The notes under the pieces were generated by a model, which worked only from the letters and a program-made list of their open reading frames with translations, had not been told where the DNA came from and did no database searches. A program made the position numbers and the translations under genes. This document shows positions 38,812 through 49,229 of a DNA stretch of 64,000 nucleotides, piece after piece (the stretch's first letter is position 1; every line of letters begins with the position of its first letter). The stretch is from Rickettsiales bacterium (GTDB lineage: Bacteria; Pseudomonadota; Alphaproteobacteria; Rickettsiales; UBA8987), in the NCBI GenBank assembly GCA_965222525.1, contig OZ244955.1, positions 1,259,813 to 1,323,812 on the forward strand. The letters are read 5' to 3'.

Positions 38812-39098
38812 ACTCACTGCTGATTATTACAAAAAATACCGATAAACACAATCCATAACCTGTTATTCGGTATAGAGCAAATATGGGTTACTCTGGCAAT
38901 GGCAGAAATAAAATAAAGCCTTATACACCATGCGTTTATGACTTTGCAATTGCAGTAATATCAAAATAATTTGGTTGTTAAAAATATCACCTTTCATCAT
39001 AAAATCTGATCCAATCAATTTTTATGTGTAAAATCAGTATGATATGTGTTAAGTTAAGCAACTTGGCTGGGTTGTACGGTATGGAAATATAAAACAGA

Positions 39099-40349
39099 AT
39101 GACTGCAAAACTACATAACATAATATCCTTCTATAAAACCGTAATAGGGGCGGTGGCTGCTCATGGTACGGCGCTGGCCATATCATTCATCGGCTCGGTT
39201 ATGCTCACCCAGGCACTCGGGGCAGATGGGCGTGGTGTTGTCGGATGGATAATCTCATTCACCAGCATTGGTATTATTCTCTCACAGGCCGGTATGGGGC
39301 ATACCAACCGCCGCTTCGTGGCAGGCAAGGAACATCGTGCGGCTGCACTTTTCTCGCTTACGGTAATAATATGCGGTACGGTATCCTTGTTCATATCAGT
39401 AATATTGGGAGCCATTGCCTTTAATGACATAATAGGTCAGCAAAACCGGCTTGGTGTTATACTGGCGCTGCTGATAATCCCGATGTCGGCCATTTCGGTA
39501 ACCAGCGGAGAGATGCTGATCGGACTGCAGAAAAACAGGCAGTATAATTTCCTCAATATAGCCGAGAAAGTTACCAATACATTGCTGATTATCATCCTTA
39601 TCGTTCTGGGAATGATAAATCCGCTTAATGCGGTAGTGGCAATTTTGATTGCAGCGCTGGTAAGGCTGCTGTTTGTGCTGTATTTCCTGCGCCATGATAT
39701 AAGGATGAAAATCCGTGGTTCACGCTATATACTGACCCATATCGGCAATTTTACCTTCTTTAACTATATTGCCTCCAGTGCACTTACCCTGTCTGCGCAT
39801 ATTATTACCATATTCCTGGGAAGCATGTCCTCCACAACCCAGGCAGGATGGTTCGCCGCCAATATGATAATTATCAATGCAATGCGCCAGCTGGCCAATA
39901 CTACGGGGATGTTTGCACTGCCACGGCTGGTGCGGATGGATGATTACCATGAACGCGGGCGGCTGAAGAAATGGATATCCATTATTACATTTATCCTGAT
40001 AGCGGGTGCGGCATTGTTACTTACACTGGTAGCGGAATGGCTTATTCCGACCATATTCGGTGAGGATTTTACCGGAGCGGTCGAGTCCTTTATAGTGCTT
40101 ATGGTAGGGCTGGTTTTTTGCAGTATGCTGTTTACCTTCCAGTCATTCATCGCATCGGACAGCAAAAGCTTTCTGGTAGCCATTGCCCCGATGATTCTGC
40201 TTATCGGTGCCGTTACACTGGGTATTGTTTTAATTCCCGAGCATGGTGCACTGGGTGCGTCCTATAGCTGGGCAATCGCCCAGGCCACCGCCGCCCTCAT
40301 CTCCGGCATTATTGCTGCCATGGTACATGTGCGCAATCGGGAGGAGTAA
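39099..40349 (+). CDS. Polysaccharide flippase (Wzx/MOP family)
   Basis: ~12 TM segments, LGADGRG, IPEHGALGA. Confidence 0.8.
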   Translation: MTAKLHNIISFYKTVIGAVAAHGTALAISFIGSVMLTQALGADGRGVVGWIISFTSIGIILSQAGMGHTNRRFVAGKEHRAAALFSLTVIICGTVSLFISVILGAIAFNDIIGQQNRLGVILALLIIPMSAISVTSGEMLIGLQKNRQYNFLNIAEKVTNTLLIIILIVLGMINPLNAVVAILIAALVRLLFVLYFLRHDIRMKIRGSRYILTHIGNFTFFNYIASSALTLSAHIITIFLGSMSSTTQAGWFAANMIIINAMRQLANTTGMFALPRLVRMDDYHERGRLKKWISIITFILIAGAALLLTLVAEWLIPTIFGEDFTGAVESFIVLMVGLVFCSMLFTFQSFIASDSKSFLVAIAPMILLIGAVTLGIVLIPEHGALGASYSWAIAQATAALISGIIAAMVHVRNREE

Positions 40350-40357
40350 ACCAAAAA

Positions 40358-41134
40358 CTAAACGTTCAACAAAGCCAGTACTTCCTTGTGTAACCTTCTA
40401 TCGCTGCAGGCTAGGATGTTACCGTCGGAAAACAGGTTGACGGGATTGCCCTGCCAGTCGGTTATTGTACCATGTGCGCCGGTGATTATCGGGGCCAGCG
40501 CACAGAAATCATGGGGCTTCAGGTCGGTTTCCAGCACAACATCCACTGAACCACGGGCAAGCAGCCCATATGAATAGCAATCCCCGCCATATACCACATA
40601 TTTGGCTATTTTCCGGACTGTATCGAATCTTTCATATGTATCCCCCTTGAATAAATTAGGCGAGGTAGTACACATAACAGCCTCAGAGAGCCTAGCACAT
40701 TTTCTTACCCGCACCGGCTCATAATTAAAATTGGTGGCAAATCCCTTAACGCCGGTCCAGCGCTCGCCCAGAATCGGCTGGTCGATAATCCCCAGAATCG
40801 GCTCGTTATCGTGTATCAGCGAAATCAGCGTACCGAAAATCGGCCGTCCAATCATAAAGGATTTGGTGCCGTCAATCGGGTCCAGCAGCCATTTATACTC
40901 CGCATCGGGATTAACCGGCTCCAGTTCTTCCCCGATAATTCCATGGTCAGGATAACTATTGCGGATTACCGCCCGCACCGCCTTCTCCACCTCCATATCT
41001 GCCAGGGTCACAGGTGTTGCATCCTGCTTATCCTCAATTGCTATATCCTTACGGTAATAACGGCGGATTACTTCACCTGAAATAGTCGCAAGCTGCTCGG
41101 CAAATGGTATAAATTCTTCGGGCGGTATGGGCAT
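40358..41134 (-). CDS. hisN: Histidinol-phosphatase (IMPase family)
   Basis: TPVTLAD, GEE, WLLDPIDGTKSF, GGDCYSY. Confidence 0.88.
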   Translation of the reverse strand: MPIPPEEFIPFAEQLATISGEVIRRYYRKDIAIEDKQDATPVTLADMEVEKAVRAVIRNSYPDHGIIGEELEPVNPDAEYKWLLDPIDGTKSFMIGRPIFGTLISLIHDNEPILGIIDQPILGERWTGVKGFATNFNYEPVRVRKCARLSEAVMCTTSPNLFKGDTYERFDTVRKIAKYVVYGGDCYSYGLLARGSVDVVLETDLKPHDFCALAPIITGAHGTITDWQGNPVNLFSDGNILACSDRRLHKEVLALLNV

Positions 41135-41174
41135 AGTGGGTTGGTAATGGTGATTATTTGGTATCGTCCCGGAA

Positions 41175-41262
41175 ACAGATGATAAATGATGGATTATAGA
41201 TGATAGAAAGAGATTAATGGCACATCTTCCATCATCCATAATCTATTATCCATTATCTTCCA
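41175..41262. repeat. Inverted pair of heptamer arrays
   Basis: (GATGATA-like)n followed by (TATCCAT/TATCATC-like)n. Confidence 0.55.
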
Positions 41263-41736
41263 TTAAGCCGCCTTTCTAGCAGTTTTTGCCTCATGTTCAA
41301 GCAGCCATTTCTTGCGCCATAATCCTCCGCCATAGCCGGTTAAACTACCATCACTGCCAATCACACGGTGACAGGGAATAATAATCGGAACGGGGTTTTT
41401 ATTATTGGCATTCCCCACCGCCCGCACCGCTTTTTCATTATCAATCTTCTGAGCTATATATTTATAAGAAACTGCTGTATTATAAGGAATATCCTGCAAA
41501 GCCCGCCATGCTTTTTTCTGGAAATCTGTACCGCTTAAGTATAGCGGCAAATTAAACTCTGTCCGCACACCGGCGAAATACTCATCAAGCTGGGTAATAC
41601 ATTGTAAAATCACCGAATTTTCATCCCCCTCAATACCTGCAGCATCGTCAGCAGTAAACTCCAGCCGGGTTATCCCAACCTCATCGGCAGATACCAAAAG
41701 CCTCCCAATCGGTGATTTATAAACAGTACAAAACAT
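41263..41736 (-). CDS. ogt: Methylated-DNA--protein-cysteine methyltransferase
   Basis: GTDFQKK, RAVGNAN, IPCHRV. Confidence 0.93.
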   Translation of the reverse strand: MFCTVYKSPIGRLLVSADEVGITRLEFTADDAAGIEGDENSVILQCITQLDEYFAGVRTEFNLPLYLSGTDFQKKAWRALQDIPYNTAVSYKYIAQKIDNEKAVRAVGNANNKNPVPIIIPCHRVIGSDGSLTGYGGGLWRKKWLLEHEAKTARKAA

Positions 41737-41751
41737 AACCCTTACAATATA

Positions 41752-41870
41752 GTATCTCTACTTTTTAAGGGTGCTAGGCAGCCGAGGCGAGTAAAATTTT
41801 AGCGTACATTTTAGTACGTGAATTTTACGAGACCGAAGGATAACGACGCACCATTGAAAAGTAGGGATAC
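41752..41870. repeat. RPE-like palindromic element (family E variant)
   Basis: Terminal GTATCTCTACTTTT / AAAAGTAGGGATAC and central GCGTAC..GTACGTGA. Confidence 0.65.
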
Positions 41871-41923
41871 TATAAACAGCAAAGCTTGATTATGTCTATC
41901 ATAAAGGTTATTGTGGCAGGCAT

Positions 41924-42850
41924 ATGCCGTCTATAGCTGTAAAAGACCTTATATTTGAATATCCTAACCATCGTGCGCTGCACGGGGTTTCGTTTGATAT
42001 TGAGCCGAAGAGCATAACAGCGCTGGTAGGGCCGAACGGGGCGGGAAAGACTACGCTCCTGCGCTGTATGGCGGCTCTGGATTTTCCATATTCGGGACTG
42101 GTTGAGGTGGCGGGGATGGATACACAGGAATATCCGCGCAAGGCACATCGCAATATTGGCTATTTATCTGATTTCTTTGGGCTATATGATGATCTGACAG
42201 TCCGCCAGTCGCTTACTTTCATTGCCCGTACACATCAGATTGCCGAGAACAAGGTTATGGGCGCAGTGACCAAAGCAGCAGAGCGGCTGGAGATAACCAG
42301 ATATCTCGACAAACCGGCGGGAACTTTGTCCCGCGGGTTGCGCCAAAGGCTTGGTATTGCGCAGGCGATTATCCATGAGCCTATGGTTCTGCTGCTGGAT
42401 GAACCTGCGTCCGGTCTTGACCCTGAAGCACGTCTCTCACTGTCACAGCTTTTCCACAGCCTGCAGGAGCTGGGGATAACGCTGGTGGTTTCCTCGCATA
42501 TACTGGCCGAACTGGAGGATTACTGTACCGATATGCTGGTTATCCGCGAAGGGAGGGTGGTGAATCATAGTAAAGGGGTTGGTGGCGAGGCGGCTGCGGC
42601 CGAGCAGCGTTATAACCTGGAGATTACACTGACCGAGAGTGCGGCACTGCATAATGACAAAATAGAGAAACTTGAAGGAGTTAGCGAATTGAAGCTGGAG
42701 GATAACAGGATAATATGTAAATTTGCCGGTGATGAGGCCGAGCAGCATAAATTATTGAAGAAGCTGGTGAAGAGCCATCCCGTATGCGGTTTTTCGGTAC
42801 ATAAGGAACGCCTGCAGGATGTCTATATGTCACTGGCGGATAAGGAGTGA
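41924..42850 (+). CDS. ABC transporter ATP-binding protein
   Basis: GPNGAGKT, LSRG, LLDEP, SSH. Confidence 0.93.
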   Translation: MPSIAVKDLIFEYPNHRALHGVSFDIEPKSITALVGPNGAGKTTLLRCMAALDFPYSGLVEVAGMDTQEYPRKAHRNIGYLSDFFGLYDDLTVRQSLTFIARTHQIAENKVMGAVTKAAERLEITRYLDKPAGTLSRGLRQRLGIAQAIIHEPMVLLLDEPASGLDPEARLSLSQLFHSLQELGITLVVSSHILAELEDYCTDMLVIREGRVVNHSKGVGGEAAAAEQRYNLEITLTESAALHNDKIEKLEGVSELKLEDNRIICKFAGDEAEQHKLLKKLVKSHPVCGFSVHKERLQDVYMSLADKE

Positions 42851-42872
42851 TTTAAAAAATGACGTGTGCCAA

Positions 42873-43052
42873 CCCCTCCCGCTCGCGGGAGGGGCAAGAA
42901 ATCTGAGCAATCTATGATTGCCAGATTTCTGGGGAGGGAATGGTGAGGTAGTGGCTATTGGTTTTTGGCTATTAGTTATTGGTATTCCCCCACCAGAAAT
43001 CCTAAGGATTGAAAATCCTTGGATTTCTTGCCTCCCCCGCAAGCGGGGGAGG
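42873..43052. repeat. Palindromic repeat family B, copy 2
   Basis: Near-identical to 38633-38811. Confidence 0.9.
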
Positions 43053-43113
43053 TTTGGAACAAAAAACTCACTAGACTCTAGATTCTAGATTCTAGACTCT
43101 AACCACTAAAACT

Positions 43114-44472
43114 ATGATAAACCCTGAATTTAACAGAAATCTGTGGCTGGAATTTTCAAAGCATCGGCTTATTGCCATGCCGGCGATTATTGCTGCAATT
43201 CTGTTCCTGGCCAGCTTTGCCGATGATGCGGCGGGTGCTATGGCCGGAGCGGCTGCGACCATATTCTATATGCTGACTTTTCTCTGGGGCGGGCATCTGG
43301 CGGCTGGTGCGGTTATTGATGAGCTGAATGACAATAGCTGGGATTTCCAGCGCATGTCTTCAATGACGGCATGGCAGATGGCCTGGGGCAAGCTGTTCGG
43401 TAGTACGTCATATGTCTGGTATGGCGCGCTTATTGCACTGGTGGCCTATATATTCAACGCACCATTTTCAACGGATGCCGATAATATGGGACATAACCTG
43501 CTGTTGATGGTGGGGACAGGGCTTCTATGCCAGGCGGTAGCGCTGCTTTCCAGTGTGGAGTCACTATCAAAAATCCGTACCCAGCAAAAGAAAATCCGTA
43601 CAATCGGCCACCATATTTTCGGCCTGATAGTCGGCTGGGGCTTCCTGCAAGCGGGGCAGATAAGTTCGTGGCAGAAAAATCCCACTATCGAATGGTATGG
43701 TGATGAATATGGCCAGTATGGTTTTGTAATTGTATCACTGGCAGTGTTTATGTTCTGGACGCTGCTTGGTATCTACCGCATGATGCGGCGGGAATTGATG
43801 TTCAGGACAACACCGCTGGTATGGGGCGGGTTTGTGGTATTCCTGATGATGTATTTCGCCGGTTTTGTGAATACGCCGGAGTGGGTAACAAAAAGCAGTA
43901 GTTTTTGCAGAAATTTTGAGGATTGCGTAGAGGATTTTGCTGACTTCAGAGCAATGCTGGCTTTCTTTATAGGAGCGGCTTGCCTGTACTGGGCTATATT
44001 CAGCGAACAGAAGGATTTTGTCGCCTACCGCAAATGGTTCACTGAGTTGCGCAAAGGTAATATCAGCAAGGTACTTGAAAATACCCCGCGCTGGCTGGTA
44101 TCTTTCGACTTGTTTGTACTTGCCGGTATATTTGCGATTATCTTTACTCCGAAAATGCCGGAGGGAGTTTATATCAGCAGTATTGTTGCTACTACCATCC
44201 TGTTTGCAATAAGGGATATCGGGATTATCCACCTGCTTAATATGTCACCGCGGCGCAAGCGGGCGGATTTGGCTGCTGTACTATATCTTGCGGTGCTGTA
44301 TTTCTTGATTCCGGCTATTTTACAGGCAATGGACATGTCCTATGACATGCTGTTCGTACCCGGCTGGGATGAACCGTTATATCTGGCAATCCTGCCCTCT
44401 CTGGCACAGGTATTGGTAGTTTTCGTATTACTCAAACGCAGCTGGAACCGCATGAAACCCGCTGGTGTATAG
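43114..44472 (+). CDS. ABC-2-type permease-like membrane protein
   Basis: Multi-TM; NPEFNRNLW, E...NSWDFQRMS...GKL; follows the ABC ATPase. Confidence 0.75.
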   Translation: MINPEFNRNLWLEFSKHRLIAMPAIIAAILFLASFADDAAGAMAGAAATIFYMLTFLWGGHLAAGAVIDELNDNSWDFQRMSSMTAWQMAWGKLFGSTSYVWYGALIALVAYIFNAPFSTDADNMGHNLLLMVGTGLLCQAVALLSSVESLSKIRTQQKKIRTIGHHIFGLIVGWGFLQAGQISSWQKNPTIEWYGDEYGQYGFVIVSLAVFMFWTLLGIYRMMRRELMFRTTPLVWGGFVVFLMMYFAGFVNTPEWVTKSSSFCRNFEDCVEDFADFRAMLAFFIGAACLYWAIFSEQKDFVAYRKWFTELRKGNISKVLENTPRWLVSFDLFVLAGIFAIIFTPKMPEGVYISSIVATTILFAIRDIGIIHLLNMSPRRKRADLAAVLYLAVLYFLIPAILQAMDMSYDMLFVPGWDEPLYLAILPSLAQVLVVFVLLKRSWNRMKPAGV

Positions 44473-44483
44473 AAAATTCAACT

Positions 44484-44642
44484 TGTCACCCCGGATGGTA
44501 TGTTTTCTCCAAATCTGTGATTTGGCTGGAAAGCACCATTCTCGGGGTTATAAGCAAAGTAACGTGGTTATAAAATAACCTCGGGAACGCTATTTTCTGA
44601 CTGAATCAATAGATTCAGAGAAAATATGCGTCCGGGGTGACA
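44484..44642. repeat. Palindromic repeat family C, copy 1
   Basis: TGTCACCCCGGA...TCCGGGGTGACA termini. Confidence 0.88.
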
Positions 44643-44662
44643 TACCTGTAAATCAAACAACG

Positions 44663-45655
44663 ATGTCCCTCCGTATAATCCAGATTCATACTTCCAACGG
44701 TGATAGCAAAGCCTTGCTGACAGCTATTGAGGGCAGCAATGTTATCGATAAATGGAAGCTGGATGAGGAAGGTGAGAGGATTTTATATTCCCTGCTAGTT
44801 CCTGCGGGAAAAACCCAGGAAATCATTGACAAGTTACAGGTTATCCTCGGCCACAGCGAGCAGTCACGTATAACTATCCTGCCGGTTGAAACCACTATTC
44901 CCAAACTTGAGGAAGCGCCCAAAGAAAAGCCGAGAAACGGTAAGAAATCAACGAAAAGCCTGTCGCGGGAGGAGCTTTACGAGGATATGACTAAAGGTAT
45001 TGTCCTGGACGGTAATTTTATGCTGCTGGTGGTGTTCTCCACTATTGTTGCGGCTATCGGCCTGCTGGAGGATAATGTTGCTGTGGTTATCGGGGCGATG
45101 GTTATTGCACCATTGCTTGGACCGAACCTGGCACTGGCACTGGCGACTGCGCTCGGTGACATGAAGCTGATGGGCAGGGCGATAAAAACCAATCTTGTCG
45201 GCGTGACTACCTGTATTATCCTTTCCTTTATTATAGGCAAATTGTGGCCATACGGGCTGGAGAGCCGTGAACTGTTCCTGCGCACGGTGGTCGGGTTTGA
45301 CGGTATTGCGCTGGCACTGGCATCGGGTGCGGCAGCGGTACTGTCGCTGACTACGGGAATTTCCAGCGTACTGGTCGGGGTTATGGTATCGGTTGCACTG
45401 CTTCCGCCCGCCTCCACTATGGGAATTATGCTGGGGGCTGGAAATAATACTGCTGCGACCGGAGCCGCATTGCTTCTGGCGGTGAATATTGTATGCGTAA
45501 ACCTGTCAGCCAAGCTGGTGTTTATAAGCAAGGGGATTCGCCCCCGCAGCTGGTATGAAAAACAGACTGCATATAAGGCAATGCTGTGGTATATTACCTT
45601 CTGGGCAATCTCCCTGCTGGTCCTGGGCGTTATTATATATTTGCAGGTTGGATAA
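44663..45655 (+). CDS. TIGR00341/DUF389 membrane protein
   Basis: AVVIGAMVIAPLLGP, GVMVSVALLPP. Confidence 0.9.
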   Translation: MSLRIIQIHTSNGDSKALLTAIEGSNVIDKWKLDEEGERILYSLLVPAGKTQEIIDKLQVILGHSEQSRITILPVETTIPKLEEAPKEKPRNGKKSTKSLSREELYEDMTKGIVLDGNFMLLVVFSTIVAAIGLLEDNVAVVIGAMVIAPLLGPNLALALATALGDMKLMGRAIKTNLVGVTTCIILSFIIGKLWPYGLESRELFLRTVVGFDGIALALASGAAAVLSLTTGISSVLVGVMVSVALLPPASTMGIMLGAGNNTAATGAALLLAVNIVCVNLSAKLVFISKGIRPRSWYEKQTAYKAMLWYITFWAISLLVLGVIIYLQVG

Positions 45656-45679
45656 AAACTGTACAAAGTATTGCAGGTT

Positions 45680-45839
45680 TGTCACCCCGGATGCATATTT
45701 TGTCCAAATCTATGATTTGGCTAACAAAATAGCATTCTCGGGGTTATTCACATAATCACGTGCTGTTACCTATAACCCCGAGAATGGTGGTTTCTATACG
45801 AAATCACAGATTTCGAGAAACCATCCATCCGGGGTGACA
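45680..45839. repeat. Palindromic repeat family C, copy 2 (inverted relative to copy 1)
   Basis: Internal sequence matches the reverse complement of 44484-44642. Confidence 0.88.
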
Positions 45840-45856
45840 GTTTGTACATAGTAACA

Positions 45857-46567
45857 ATGAAAAAACTCCTCACACTGCTATTAATTCTATACTTTAGCTT
45901 TATTCCACAAGCATATGCCAAACAACAGGAATATGCGGTTGTATTGCATGGTATAGTGCGTACTTCCGCTTCGATGGATTCCTTTGCCGAATATCTGGAG
46001 GGTGAAGGTTATGAGGTGATAAATATAGATTATCCTTCTACCAAATATACTGTCGAGGAATTGGCGAAGAAGGTATATCGCGAGATTGTCGAGAAAACTC
46101 CCGACAAGAATGCAAAGGTAAATTTCGTTGCATATTCAATGGGTACGCTGATTACCAGAATTATCCTGTCAGATTATGAAATGCCGCAACTTGGGCGGGT
46201 AGTGTTTGTCGCGCCGCCGAGTCAAGGGAGTGAGGTGGCCGACTGGCTCAAGGATAATATCCTGTACCGTACTTTCTACGGGATTTCCGGCCAGCAATTG
46301 GGTACAGGTGAGGATGGAATTGCCGCACAGCTCGGTGATGTGGATTACGAACTGGGTATAATCGCCGGAAATCATACAATAGACCCGATATCTTCAACCG
46401 TTATTCCTGGTGATGATGACGGAAAAGTGGCAGTGGAACGTACCAAAATCGAGGGTATGACTGACCATATTATAATTCCCGCCACCCATACATTCATAAT
46501 CACCAACAAAACCGCCATGAAACAGGCAGTACACTTCCTGCAAAACGGGGAATTTTACAAGAAATAA
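45857..46567 (+). CDS. Secreted alpha/beta hydrolase
   Basis: Signal peptide, LHG, AYSMG nucleophile elbow, DDGKV, HTF. Confidence 0.85.
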   Translation: MKKLLTLLLILYFSFIPQAYAKQQEYAVVLHGIVRTSASMDSFAEYLEGEGYEVINIDYPSTKYTVEELAKKVYREIVEKTPDKNAKVNFVAYSMGTLITRIILSDYEMPQLGRVVFVAPPSQGSEVADWLKDNILYRTFYGISGQQLGTGEDGIAAQLGDVDYELGIIAGNHTIDPISSTVIPGDDDGKVAVERTKIEGMTDHIIIPATHTFIITNKTAMKQAVHFLQNGEFYKK

Positions 46568-46618
46568 ATATTGTACAAAATGTACAGTCAGGTTATAATC
46601 AAAGGCAAGGAAAGAAAA

Positions 46619-46873
46619 ATGCAGTATATTTCATCATCAGATGCTCGAAACAACCTGTCTTCCACTCTGGACAAAGCGCAACACAGTCCGGTTGTTATCC
46701 GGAAGCAGAATCGTGATACCGCTGTTTTACTGTCGGTGGAGGAATATGACCGCCTGAAACGTGCTTCTGTGCAGGCATTCCAGGCTTTATGCGATGCTAT
46801 TGGGCATAAGGCTGAAGCGAGTGGCCTGACCGAAGAAAAACTTGCTGAAATCCTTGCAGGCCATGATAATTAG
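46619..46873 (+). CDS. Phd/YefM antitoxin
   Basis: ISSSDARNNLSSTLDKAQHSPVVIRKQNRDTAVLLSVEEY. Confidence 0.9.
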   Translation: MQYISSSDARNNLSSTLDKAQHSPVVIRKQNRDTAVLLSVEEYDRLKRASVQAFQALCDAIGHKAEASGLTEEKLAEILAGHDN

Positions 46874-47282
46874 ACCACGTACTGTTCTCGACACAAATAT
46901 CCTGATTAGCCGTGTCCTCACGCCCAACTCTGCCATAGCGCAATTTACCCGTAAAATCATTGACCATTGCGATATTATAGCATCGCAGGAAACCGTTGAT
47001 GAGCTTGTGTCTGTGATGCAGAGGCTTTGTCATAAGGGAGTTCTGCAGGAGGATGACATGGAACATTTTATCAGTATGTATAAGGAAATTATCGAGTGGG
47101 TGCCTGTGATAGAGCGCATCCAGGCATGCCGTGACTTGAAAGATGATAAATTTCTTGAATTGGCAGTGAATGGTAATGCTGAGTATATTGTTACAGGTGA
47201 CAAGGATTTGCTTGTATTACACCCGTTCCGCGACATCCTTATAGTTACCCCCGCCGATTATGTCAGCACCCTGCTTTCATAG
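46863..47282 (+). CDS. PIN-domain toxin
   Basis: VLDTNILIS, CRDLKDDKFLELA, IVTGDKDLL. Confidence 0.9.
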   Translation: MIIRPRTVLDTNILISRVLTPNSAIAQFTRKIIDHCDIIASQETVDELVSVMQRLCHKGVLQEDDMEHFISMYKEIIEWVPVIERIQACRDLKDDKFLELAVNGNAEYIVTGDKDLLVLHPFRDILIVTPADYVSTLLS

Positions 47283-47394
47283 GCAAAATCTGCCGATGGG
47301 GGAGTAGGGAATATTATTCCACATGCATTCTCGCCCAGCAACCTATTGATTTGTCTTAATAATTCTCTCTTGCAAAATTGGCACGGTAATGGCT
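47282..47394 (+). promoter_or_regulatory. sigma54 promoter with upstream ftr-like (FlbD-type) enhancer for the flgI operon
   Basis: TGGCACGGTAATGGCT (GG-N10-GC) at 47379-47394; GGCAAAATCTGCCG palindrome ~100 bp upstream. Confidence 0.6.
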
Positions 47395-47443
47395 TGGTAT
47401 ATACCGGTTAGTACCAATAACGCAGGAATGTGTCTGTATTCAC

Positions 47444-47553
47444 GCTAGCATGAGCCGAAAATGATAGTTTTCGAGAACCGTAGCGCATCGTACTTTTTTC
47501 GTACGTGAGCAACGGAAGCGCAGAAAATTATCATTTGCAGGCCATGATAGTAG
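47444..47553. repeat. RPE-like palindromic repeat family E, copy 2
   Basis: Matches 30041-30149. Confidence 0.85.
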
Positions 47554-47575
47554 TGAAGACAAATACATTCCATTT

Positions 47576-48874
47576 GTGGGAGAGATAATGCGTTCAATAT
47601 ATAACATACACGCTATATTTGCGACTCATGGCTGTAGCCTGAATATAAGGCAGGCAGTATATTTGCAGCTTTCATGCCTGTTTAACGGCAAGGCCGGTAA
47701 ATTACTGGCTTATGTCTGGGGGATGCTGGCTATACTTGCCGTGCTGTTCACCATGCTGATGATGACTGCGGCGGAAGCCAATGCCCGCTCACGTATCAAG
47801 GATATCGTTGCGGTAGAGGGCATTCGCGACAATATACTGGTGGGATATGGCCTTGTTGTAGGGCTGAACGGCACTGGTGACAATCTGAATAATTCTACAT
47901 TTACCGAAAAAAGCCTTGAAGCTTTCCTTGAGCGTCTTGGAGTAAATGTCAGTGACAAGGATGTGAAGGCCAAGAATGTTGCTGCGGTAACTTTAACCGC
48001 TACATTACCGCCATTTGCCCGCTCCGGCAGCCGTATTGATGTGACTGTAAGCACATTGGGCGATGCGAAAAGCCTGCAGGGCGGCACTCTGGTTGCGACC
48101 CCGATAATGGGTGCGGATGGCAGGGTTTATGCAGTGGCGCAAGGTGCAGTAGCAACCGGCGGTTTTCAGGCCAGCGGAGAGGCTACAACTATAAGCAAGG
48201 GTGTCCCTACCAACGGTTTTATTGCCAATGGTGCGATTATAGAGCGTGAGATTGCATTTGAGCTGAACTCACTTTCCAATTTAAACCTGGCGCTGCGCAA
48301 TCCTGATATAGCGACTGCATCACGGATTGCCGATGCGATAAATACTGCAATGCTGAACGAGGCCGAGCAGGAAGAGGAATTTTATACGAAGGAAGAAGTG
48401 GAAATAGCAAGGGTGCGTGACCCTGCAACGGTAGCGGTAGACATACCTGAGGAATATCGGGATTCGGTAGCCAGTCTGCTGGCGAAGATAGAACAGCTTG
48501 AAGTGCAGCCTGACCAGAAGGCGAAGATTATTATAGATGAAGCTTCCGGCACTATCGTTATGAATGAGAATGTACGGATTGATACGGTGGCTATTTCACA
48601 GGGCAATCTGGTGGTGACAATCAAGGAAGAACTGGCGGTATCGCAACCTGGTGTACTGGCACCACAAGGGGCGGAGACAGTTGCAGCGCCGGTTACTACC
48701 ATTGCAATAGACGAAAATGTAGGCAACCAGATGGCGGTTATGGATTCGGGAGCGAGCCTCAGAGAACTGGTTGGCGGGCTGAATGCACTGGGAGTCGGGC
48801 CACGTGATTTAATCGGGATTTTGCAGACGGTTAAGGCTGCGGGTGCGTTGCAGGCGGAGATAGTAACTCAGTAA
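47576..48874 (+). CDS. flgI: Flagellar P-ring protein (start uncertain)
   Basis: SRIKDI, GYGLVVGLNGTGD, AKSLQGGTL, AAGALQAE. Confidence 0.95.
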   Translation: MGEIMRSIYNIHAIFATHGCSLNIRQAVYLQLSCLFNGKAGKLLAYVWGMLAILAVLFTMLMMTAAEANARSRIKDIVAVEGIRDNILVGYGLVVGLNGTGDNLNNSTFTEKSLEAFLERLGVNVSDKDVKAKNVAAVTLTATLPPFARSGSRIDVTVSTLGDAKSLQGGTLVATPIMGADGRVYAVAQGAVATGGFQASGEATTISKGVPTNGFIANGAIIEREIAFELNSLSNLNLALRNPDIATASRIADAINTAMLNEAEQEEEFYTKEEVEIARVRDPATVAVDIPEEYRDSVASLLAKIEQLEVQPDQKAKIIIDEASGTIVMNENVRIDTVAISQGNLVVTIKEELAVSQPGVLAPQGAETVAAPVTTIAIDENVGNQMAVMDSGASLRELVGGLNALGVGPRDLIGILQTVKAAGALQAEIVTQ

Positions 48875-48884
48875 GGACAAGGGG

Positions 48885-49229
48885 ATGAGCGCAATAGAAG
48901 GAATAACCCGGCAACTGATAGATAATTCGGTTGTTATATCAGGGGAGGGGAAGGTTAGAACTGCGGCGGCAAAATTAGCTTCTGCGGGGGATAAAAGAAG
49001 TATCGAAGCTGCGGCAAAGGATTTTGAGGCGGTTTTCATTACACAAATGCTTCATCAGATGTTTGCCGGTGTGGAGACTGACCATTTATTCGGCGGCGGA
49101 CATGCAGAAGAAACATTCAGGACGTTTCTTTATGATGAATATGGAAAGGCTGTTAGCCGTTCCGGAGGGATAGGAATCGCAGAACATGTACAGAACCATT
49201 TGTTAAAACTACAGGAGGTAAAATTATGA
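48885..49229 (+). CDS. flgJ: Rod-binding FlgJ-like protein
   Basis: AAKDFEAVFITQML, FGGGHAEETF, GGIGIA. Confidence 0.85.
   Translation: MSAIEGITRQLIDNSVVISGEGKVRTAAAKLASAGDKRSIEAAAKDFEAVFITQMLHQMFAGVETDHLFGGGHAEETFRTFLYDEYGKAVSRSGGIGIAEHVQNHLLKLQEVKL

Noticed and set aside
38616-38823. Short ORFs here and at 42830-43042, 25022-25255, 57887-58114 and 58676-58927
   Set aside because: Translations of palindromic repeats with no RBS or independent coding support.
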